64,000 bases of DNA, taken from IMG/VR virus record IMGVR_UViG_3300047481_001175, positions 5,209 to 69,208 of that record. One strand, given 5' to 3'. Of this stretch, positions 58,983 to 64,000 are shown piece after piece (position 1 is the first letter of the stretch; each line of letters opens with the position of its first letter). This DNA comes from a virus. The notes under the pieces were generated by a model. That model searched no databases. It saw nothing but the letters and a program-made list of their open reading frames with translations, and was not told the DNA's origin. The position numbers and the translations under genes are program-made.

Positions 58983-59189
58983 TCAGCACCGGTCGGTCAT
59001 CATCGGTGTTCGCTGTTCTGGTCTCAGATGGCCACCACAGAGTCTCTGTGCCGCATCATCCCAATGAGGTATCTGATCGAACATGCTCTGGACCTTCGGC
59101 GGGTCCCAGGGCCTCTGATCGGGCCGCCACCCTGCGCAGCCCTGCAGCAGTATGCAGCTACTTAAGGCTAAGGATAAGATCTTTAACAT
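58983..59189 (-). CDS. Small lipoprotein
   Basis: Signal peptide with lipobox LQGC. Confidence 0.6.
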   Translation of the reverse strand: MLKILSLALSSCILLQGCAGWRPDQRPWDPPKVQSMFDQIPHWDDAAQRLCGGHLRPEQRTPMMTDRC

Positions 59190-59379
59190 CCGCTGTGATC
59201 TCTGTGTGTTGATCCATGACTGCTGCGATCATCAGCTGATGTATCACAACTGCATCTTCCTTATAGCCTGTGGGCATAGCTGAGATCATACGCTCTACTG
59301 CCTGCTGCGATTCGCAGCTCCAAAGCAGATCAGCGATCTGATACTGCTGACGGGTCAATCCCTCTAGTGTGATGGTCAT
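59158..59379 (-). CDS. Hypothetical early protein
   Basis: SD AGGAG; ATGA coupling to the upstream ORF. Confidence 0.65.
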   Translation of the reverse strand: MTITLEGLTRQQYQIADLLWSCESQQAVERMISAMPTGYKEDAVVIHQLMIAAVMDQHTEITADVKDLILSLK

Positions 59380-59549
59380 TGCTGCTCCTGCTGCATCATC
59401 AGTGTTGAGCACCACAGTATGCCCAGTCCTGTGACACTGACTGCCAGGGCCTGCAACAGCTCTGTGTCAGTGAGGCTGTTCTCTACTCCGCCCACGCCAA
59501 ACATAGTAGTGATCAGGCCTGTGATGAAAAGAAAGAATGTTTTAGTCAT
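59376..59549 (-). CDS. 57-aa two-TM membrane microprotein (not in ORF track)
   Basis: MTKTFFLFITGLITTMFGVGGVENSLTDTELLQALAVSVTGLGILWCSTLMMQQEQQ; SD TAGGAG; promoter upstream. Confidence 0.7.
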   Translation of the reverse strand: MTKTFFLFITGLITTMFGVGGVENSLTDTELLQALAVSVTGLGILWCSTLMMQQEQQ

Positions 59550-59617
59550 TGCTGCTCCTAGTTATCCAGTGTATTTGTGTAGTATATGATCGTTCTGAAC
59601 GATCATGCTAATTCCAA

Positions 59618-59965
59618 TCAATCCAACCGGCTACCAGCATAGGCCTTGACACCCAACTTTTCAGTGAGCACTCGAGCGGCCGCTTCTGCACCTGCTTCCA
59701 GGGTGTCCACATTCTGGCAACCGAAGTTTGAGGGATTCCACATCTGGAGACCGCCACCGTAGGCCTTACGGAAACCATTTTCCAGCAAGGCACGACCCAA
59801 CCGGGTGCTACCTTTTTCGTAGACTGTGACCCAGGCAAATCCACAGGCGAACTGATCTCGTCCACCGAGACGCTCACGGAAGAACTTCTCAGCCGCTGCA
59901 TGTGCAGCAGCCCGGGCTTCGGCAACGATTTGGGGAATTTGCTCGGGGGTTGCTCGGGTACTCAT
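59618..59965 (-). CDS. Hypothetical phage early protein
   Basis: CGFAWV...SRLD motif; own promoter and SD. Confidence 0.75.
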   Translation of the reverse strand: MSTRATPEQIPQIVAEARAAAHAAAEKFFRERLGGRDQFACGFAWVTVYEKGSTRLGRALLENGFRKAYGGGLQMWNPSNFGCQNVDTLEAGAEAAARVLTEKLGVKAYAGSRLD

Positions 59966-60027
59966 AGTCGCGCTCCTTTGTGTGTATGTGTTGATTATAC
60001 GGTCAAACTGCCCGCGTGTCAACCAAA

Positions 60028-60342
60028 TTACCAAGCCAGCTCTCGTGCAGGGTATGTGATCTTACCTTCCCAGTCCAGCTGTGATCGTTCGAACTCTGTG
60101 AGGTAGTCATCCTCTACGATCTCTGTCCCAATGACGTATTCCCTGAAGTAGACTGTGTCCTCTTCGATCTGTCCACGCACTTGAGCCAAGACTGCACCAA
60201 CACCTTCGTGGCCTTGCGTGTAGTTCAGGATCACGTAGTCATTGCCGCCCTTCATCTTCCAGTACTGAGGGCATGAACCCGTACCGTCCCAATCGTGGGC
60301 GCCGTAGTTCTCTTGGATCTGTGTAGTAATCATTAGCTTCAT
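60028..60342 (-). CDS. Hypothetical early protein
   Basis: TQIQENYGAHDW...YWKMKGG; own promoter and SD. Confidence 0.75.
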   Translation of the reverse strand: MKLMITTQIQENYGAHDWDGTGSCPQYWKMKGGNDYVILNYTQGHEGVGAVLAQVRGQIEEDTVYFREYVIGTEIVEDDYLTEFERSQLDWEGKITYPARELAW

Positions 60343-60401
60343 GGTTCGCTCCTTGATTCGTTGTCCCAGTTTCAATAGTATAGCACCGGAGATCCAAAAT
60401 G

Positions 60402-60605
60402 TCAACCCCTAATTTGGTCGAAGATCATCTGTTGCAGAGCTGCTACGTCTTCGCGGTCCACATAGAAATCCGTGCGCGGATCCCAGTACTCTCCCTGCTT
60501 GGGATCGTAGTACAAGATCTGTCCGTTAGGGTAGCGGAAGGGACCTTCTAGCCCCGGGCGGGCACCATATCCCAGGAGCAGGTCGTTGACTATACGGTAT
60601 GCCAT
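60402..60605 (-). CDS. Hypothetical early protein
   Basis: GLEGPF...YYDPKQGEYWDPRTD. Confidence 0.7.
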   Translation of the reverse strand: MAYRIVNDLLLGYGARPGLEGPFRYPNGQILYYDPKQGEYWDPRTDFYVDREDVAALQQMIFDQIRG

Positions 60606-60606
60606 G

Positions 60607-60720
60607 TTAGACGCCAGCGATGGTAGTCAATACTCCAGCTGTGACCAACAACACCGTTTGTATGATGCCAGTGATCCAGCCTAGATAGATCAGTGCCAGG
60701 GTTCCGATGAGTTTCAACAT
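60607..60720 (-). CDS. 37-aa hydrophobic microprotein (not in ORF track)
   Basis: MLKLIGTLALIYLGWITGIIQTVLLVTAGVLTTIAGV; own promoter and SD AGGAGCG. Confidence 0.7.
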   Translation of the reverse strand: MLKLIGTLALIYLGWITGIIQTVLLVTAGVLTTIAGV

Positions 60721-60778
60721 AGTTCGCTCCTAAGTTGTTTAGTGTATTTGTGTAGTATATGATCGTTTGGCTCAGTTG

Positions 60779-61018
60779 TCAACCAAGAGCTTTAAATAAC
60801 CCTACAGCCATTGTGGCTAGAGCTACGATGTTCACAGCCATCTGCGGCTTGTTCTGCACACGGAGAGTCCAGAGAAAGAACAGCACAGTGCCCACTGCGA
60901 AGGCAAGGATGTTCCAAAGGTCCCTGTGGTAGGCTGAGCCCAGAGTGTTTAAGACGTGACCTGCACCAATGAAAAAGGCGCCGGTCCACTGTAGGAATTC
61001 GTTGATGTCTAACTTCAT
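60779..61018 (-). CDS. Small three-TM membrane protein
   Basis: 79 aa with three hydrophobic segments. Confidence 0.65.
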   Translation of the reverse strand: MKLDINEFLQWTGAFFIGAGHVLNTLGSAYHRDLWNILAFAVGTVLFFLWTLRVQNKPQMAVNIVALATMAVGLFKALG

Positions 61019-61309
61019 TCAATCACCCGAATCAACTTGAAAACGATCTCCACACTCACTGCAGGTGTATTCTGTCAGACACCTGCCTACATTCTTAGAA
61101 ACATATTTGTGGGTGCAAGGCACTCCATCTTTGTTCAATCTAACCTCACCAGTAGGCCTACCGTACATATACTGACCGCCACAATTGGTGCAGCCTAGAG
61201 TATCTGTGTCAGCATCATAGCCTGCATAGACAGTCTTGTATCGCTGCTGATGCTCAGGCACTGCGACTCGACCGCTGCCATTGCATACTGGACAAACGCC
61301 TCGTTCCAT
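61019..61309 (-). CDS. Zinc-finger protein
   Basis: CPVCNGSG, CTNCGG, CTH and CSECG motifs; own promoter and SD. Confidence 0.7.
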   Translation of the reverse strand: MERGVCPVCNGSGRVAVPEHQQRYKTVYAGYDADTDTLGCTNCGGQYMYGRPTGEVRLNKDGVPCTHKYVSKNVGRCLTEYTCSECGDRFQVDSGD

Positions 61310-61364
61310 TGTTCACTCCTTATTGCTTACTGTACCTACAGTATACTACCTCTTAGCCAAACTG

Positions 61365-61682
61365 TCAAGCCACTCGATACAGCAGCCCTTGCGGAGTAAT
61401 GGTCTTTGAGACTCCCTGCTCTGCCCAGTAGGCTTCCATTTCCCGCAGCAGTTTGAGATTTTTTACAACGGGTTTGTCAATCTTGATTGACACTCGCTTG
61501 ACGTTATAGGCTTCGTAGATCTTGCCCACATAGAGCTCTCCCAGAGCAACCATCATACGGTCCACCTGTAGTTGCACAGTGGCACTCCAACGGCTCTTGT
61601 TGGCAATGCTACGCATACGAGCGTCCTGCGCGGCCCACCATTTGTTAGGGGCCTCTTTGGTGTCTTTTTGAGTTGCTTTCAT
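61365..61682 (-). CDS. Hypothetical basic early protein
   Basis: Own promoter and SD GGAGCG. Confidence 0.7.
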   Translation of the reverse strand: MKATQKDTKEAPNKWWAAQDARMRSIANKSRWSATVQLQVDRMMVALGELYVGKIYEAYNVKRVSIKIDKPVVKNLKLLREMEAYWAEQGVSKTITPQGLLYRVA

Positions 61683-61743
61683 TGGTCGCTCCAAGTAGTC
61701 AGTGTTAGTATTATACCATCATCAGACCAAGTTGTCAACCAAA

Positions 61744-62127
61744 TTATACCCAGCTCTCTACCTGAGGCACTGGTTTCTTTAAGGCTCGTTTGACAAAGCT
61801 CTCAGGTGTGTCATCTACACGGACGAGGACAAACCCCATAGCTTCTACCAGATCTACTTCACAGATCTCAAGCTCTACACCCGCGGCTTCTAGCGCGGCA
61901 TTGAGCTTGGTGAACGCATACTTGACACCTGCATCAAAGGCCGCATACTCGCCGTCATTGACCTCGTCGTAGTCAAACTCTTTAAGCATAACTTCTGCAT
62001 ACTCTTGTCCATCTGCTACGATGAACCGGCCAATCTTCTTCCAGTCGCTCTGCTTCTCGCAGTCAAAGTGGTCACAGGCTTCGTTCATGTCAAAGCCGGC
62101 AAAGTTGTCATATTTAGATTTAGTCAT
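61744..62127 (-). CDS. Acidic early protein
   Basis: 127 aa, D/E-rich; own promoter and SD. Confidence 0.75.
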   Translation of the reverse strand: MTKSKYDNFAGFDMNEACDHFDCEKQSDWKKIGRFIVADGQEYAEVMLKEFDYDEVNDGEYAAFDAGVKYAFTKLNAALEAAGVELEICEVDLVEAMGFVLVRVDDTPESFVKRALKKPVPQVESWV

Positions 62128-62192
62128 TTCGCGCTCCCTTTTGTGTTAATGTGTGTGTATAATAGCACAGTACACACACTTTGTCAACCAAA

Positions 62193-62351
62193 TTATTCTG
62201 CTACACCATCTTCTTCCCAGCCCGTGTAGTCTGCGTTAACGCCCGCACTGTTAACATCTGTATTTTCAGCAATCTCGTCTGCTTGTTCCCAAGTATCTGC
62301 TTCTACTGTTAAGTAATATGTAACTCTTTGTACAAAATAAAATGTAGCCAT
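62193..62351 (-). CDS. 52-aa acidic microprotein (not in ORF track)
   Basis: MATFYFVQRVTYYLTVEADTWEQADEIAENTDVNSAGVNADYTGWEEDGVAE; promoter and SD AGGAGCG. Confidence 0.75.
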   Translation of the reverse strand: MATFYFVQRVTYYLTVEADTWEQADEIAENTDVNSAGVNADYTGWEEDGVAE

Positions 62352-62431
62352 TGTTTCGCTCCTATGTTTTGTTTAAGTGTGTGTATTATAGCACAGCATC
62401 GCTCAAAATGCAAGTGCTGTGCTATGTTATG

Positions 62432-62656
62432 TTAGTCTTCTTCTTGCAGTGCGTCTGCGCACAGTGTCTCAATGCAGTAGTCTGCGCTAAGTGTGCGCAG
62501 CATTGCTGCTAAGTCCCTAAAAGCGTCGTCGCTAATGTCAGCAATGTCGCTGTGCTCGTCTGCAATGTGTGTGTCTAACGCTGCTACTGCTGTAAGCAGT
62601 GCAAATTTAGCGTTATGCAATTTGTCTTTTACTTCTAAACGCTCTTCGTCGTGCAT
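62432..62656 (-). CDS. 74-aa acidic helical microprotein
   Basis: Own promoter and SD AAGGAG; D/E-rich; no proline. Confidence 0.75.
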   Translation of the reverse strand: MHDEERLEVKDKLHNAKFALLTAVAALDTHIADEHSDIADISDDAFRDLAAMLRTLSADYCIETLCADALQEED

Positions 62657-62726
62657 ACTTAGCTCCTTAGTTATACTGCGTTATTGCAGTGTGTGTATAA
62701 TAGCACACTTTGTCCAAAATGTCAAA

Positions 62727-62897
62727 TTAAATTGTAGCGTACTTTCTGTATTCTTTGCCACCTACGCTGCTGTACCATAAGCCATTAGTTTTCTTGTAAT
62801 AGCCCTGCTTGTACCAGTTTTTAATTTGTGTTGCGTGTTGCTGTCTCCCACTTTCTGCAATAGCGTCTTGCAGCGTCATCGCTTTAGTTGTTTGCAT
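62727..62897 (-). CDS. 56-aa basic/aromatic microprotein (not in ORF track)
   Basis: MQTTKAMTLQDAIAESGRQQHATQIKNWYKQGYYKKTNGLWYSSVGGKEYRKYATI; promoter and SD GGGAGCG. Confidence 0.72.
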   Translation of the reverse strand: MQTTKAMTLQDAIAESGRQQHATQIKNWYKQGYYKKTNGLWYSSVGGKEYRKYATI

Positions 62898-62974
62898 AGT
62901 TTCGCTCCCTGCTGTTTTGTTTAAGTGTTTGTATTATACACTATTGCGCAAAAAAGTCAACCAAAATATTGTCT

Positions 62975-62994
62975 GTAAGTAAGTACTTACTTAC
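62975..62994. repeat. Perfect 20-bp palindrome
   Basis: GTAAGTAAGT|ACTTACTTAC. Confidence 0.9.
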
Positions 62995-63349
62995 CCTTGG
63001 CTATTAGCCCAGCGCCGTCTTCTTCTGCGATCACTACACGGCAGGGAGTGAGGTTTTCTGTCAATCTAGCGATCAAACCTTCGCGATCCGCGCCCTGGCC
63101 TAGGAACTGTCCCGTGTCCTTGCGATAGGCCAGCAACAGTCCCTGATGCTGTTCCAGGCGCACTTCCACGACCGCCAGCTCTGTGGTCTCCGTGATTCGT
63201 TGCTCTAGGCGGGTCTTCAATCGCTGGAGATCTTGATCAGAGAACTGCATGGCTTCGAGGAAATCCCTCATGATCCTACGATGGAATCGATCCGTGATCC
63301 ACACGCCCATGATCAGGCCCAAGACCACAGCTAGGATGATGTCTGCCAT
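62987..63349 (-). CDS. Hypothetical protein with N-terminal TM anchor
   Basis: 120 aa; IILAVVLGLIMGVWI. Confidence 0.65.
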   Translation of the reverse strand: MADIILAVVLGLIMGVWITDRFHRRIMRDFLEAMQFSDQDLQRLKTRLEQRITETTELAVVEVRLEQHQGLLLAYRKDTGQFLGQGADREGLIARLTENLTPCRVVIAEEDGAGLIAKGK

Positions 63350-63350
63350 G

Positions 63351-63677
63351 TTAGGTCCTGCGGGGTGTGTGTAGGGCTGCGGCTTCTTTGCGCAGTTGCC
63401 CCGCCCTACGATACATGTCGTCAGCGGCGCGGCTCATAGCTTCAGCTCGGGCTTGGCTCATCTTAGATCCGCCGAACTCTCGCTCGATATAGTATTCACA
63501 GAGTCTATTCTTGATCATAGTAGGTATGTCCATGCCCGTGTCATCAGGACAGATGAATCTCACTGGGCAACGTCCCCAGCCACCGTATTCTAGGAAATCT
63601 GCGTAATAGCGTCTATGATCTTTGTTGTTAGGGTCAAAGGCCACCAAAGGTCTAGATAGGAACTCTAACTTGCTCAT
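63351..63677 (-). CDS. Hypothetical protein
   Basis: RP.VAFDP.NKDHR..Y..F....WG.CPVRF; TAAATA 6 nt upstream. Confidence 0.7.
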   Translation of the reverse strand: MSKLEFLSRPLVAFDPNNKDHRRYYADFLEYGGWGRCPVRFICPDDTGMDIPTMIKNRLCEYYIEREFGGSKMSQARAEAMSRAADDMYRRAGQLRKEAAALHTPRRT

Positions 63678-63706
63678 ATGGGATATTTACCAAAGTTCAT
63701 AACTTA

Positions 63707-63735
63707 ATTGTAACACTTTCTGTTGGTGCTGTCAA
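63707..63735 (-). promoter_or_regulatory. Sigma70-type promoter
   Basis: TTGACA-17 bp-TACAAT. Confidence 0.7.
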
Positions 63736-63736
63736 G

Positions 63737-63766
63737 AAAAAAGGATCCCAGTCCTCTGGGATCCCC
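63737..63766 (-). terminator. Rho-independent terminator
   Basis: Minus strand GGATCCCAG-agga-CTGGGATCC-TTTTTT. Confidence 0.85.
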
Positions 63767-63791
63767 AAGGCTGCGACCGGGAGCGAATCGG

Positions 63792-64000
63792 TTACGCAGC
63801 AACGGCTTCTGTCTTCGCGACAGTGGCCTTATTACCTGCTGGCGCAGGGTTCTTTTTCTCAGCGTAGACAACCGCAGCTTCGATAGCTGGATTGCCTTGA
63901 CCAAACTTCACTGCACGTAGATGCTGTACAGCTTCTGCCTTGGTCATCTCAGAGGGCAGCTCGATGAGCTCCACATCAGTGTGACCGTTCTTGGCCAGGA
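63792..64000 (-). CDS. Small hypothetical protein, 3' part (start outside window)
   Basis: Frame open to the window end: LAKNGHTDVELIELPSEMTKAEAV...; followed by a terminator. Confidence 0.65.
   Translation of the reverse strand, partial: LAKNGHTDVELIELPSEMTKAEAVQHLRAVKFGQGNPAIEAAVVYAEKKNPAPAGNKATVAKTEAVAA

Larger units (their letters stand above)
59568..60767. repeat. 27-bp direct repeat shared by two promoter leaders
   Basis: AGTGTATTTGTGTAGTATATGATCGTT at 59568-59594 and 60741-60767. Confidence 0.9.
62365..62938. repeat. 26-bp near-identical leader repeat
   Basis: TGTTTTGTTTAAGTGT(G/T)TGTATTATA at 62365-62390 and 62913-62938. A 19-bp repeat GTGTGTGTATAATAGCACA also occurs at 62151 and 62689. 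Confidence 0.85.
59550..62960 (-). promoter_or_regulatory. Array of ten sigma70 early promoters, each with an AC-rich leader and GGAG(C/T) SD
   Basis: Lowest + strand coordinates of -10/-35 hexamers: 59581/degenerate, 59994/60017, 60377/60400, 60754/60777, 61340/61363, 61710/61733, 62159/62182, 62385/62408, 62697/62720, 62933/62955. Mostly TTGACA-17-TA(T/A)(A/T)(A/C)T. Confidence 0.9.
62118..62998 (+). other. Strand-specific dinucleotide exclusion island (no GA or GG on + strand; no TC or CC on the sense strand)
   Basis: Manual scan: last GA at 62117-62118, next G-purine is GG at 62999-63000; the 165 intervening G's are all followed by C or T. Confidence 0.93.

Noticed and set aside
58940-59212. 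Plus-strand ORFs of 90 and 69 aa
   Set aside because: Antisense to the lipoprotein gene, lacking an SD, with atypical composition
59550-62960. Regularly recurring similar intergenic sequences resembling a CRISPR array or attC sites
   Set aside because: The units are -35/-10 promoters plus SD, only partly identical and separated by whole ORFs; no constant repeat-spacer period and no cas or integrase gene in the window
62118-62998. UV hardening, or one-off APOBEC/UV-type hypermutation, as the cause of the missing TC/CC
   Set aside because: The template strand is still rich in TT/TC/CT dipyrimidines, so it is not UV-hardened. ORFs, promoters and SDs are intact and C remains common after A or G, which fits long-term selection better than a mutational burst (not formally excluded)
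62118-62998. Low-complexity (GT/AC microsatellite) explanation for the island
   Set aside because: GT runs are limited to short leaders; the exclusion holds through three non-repetitive coding sequences
1-64000. Stop-codon reassignment (alternative genetic code) as seen in some large phages
   Set aside because: Core genes are full length under the standard code and end in TAA, TGA or TAG with tight packing
1-64000. tRNA genes, introns or inteins in terminase, helicase or UvsX, and a diversity-generating retroelement
   Set aside because: No cloverleaf or T-arm motif noticed in the intergenic gaps; core proteins are of normal length; no reverse transcriptase or TR/VR pair seen (manual reading only)

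Overview
This 64 kb window is a segment of a large T4-like (myovirus-type) dsDNA phage genome, read in the standard genetic code. 1-23.3 kb is mostly morphogenesis: fibre-like proteins, neck and tail-completion proteins, tail sheath and tube, gp4-like nuclease, terminase subunits and likely internal head proteins, plus dNMP kinase and an HNH gene. 23.7-26.7 kb encodes gp32-like SSB, UvsX and UvsY. 26.7-47.4 kb is a roughly 20 kb glycan synthesis and tailoring region (five KpsS/KpsC-like paralogues, several GTs, SAM methyltransferases, epimerases, a dehydrogenase, an AsnB-like amidotransferase) interrupted by UvsW. 47.6-55.3 kb holds a clamp-loader subunit, a 192-aa mini-DnaE, a 2OG-Fe(II) oxygenase, primase, replicative helicase and a Pol-beta-type nucleotidyltransferase. 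55.3-64 kb is a GC-richer accessory/early region with an array of sigma70 promoter-SD-small-ORF cassettes on the minus strand. The most striking signal is an ~880 bp island (62118-62998) where none of 165 consecutive + strand G's is followed by A or G. The sense strand of three small early genes and four promoters therefore has no TC or CC at all. The island is bounded by a perfect 20-bp palindrome. Many late genes also show a TAAATA-N4-7-ATG (leaderless) architecture. All annotations come from reading motifs by eye; no database searches were run.
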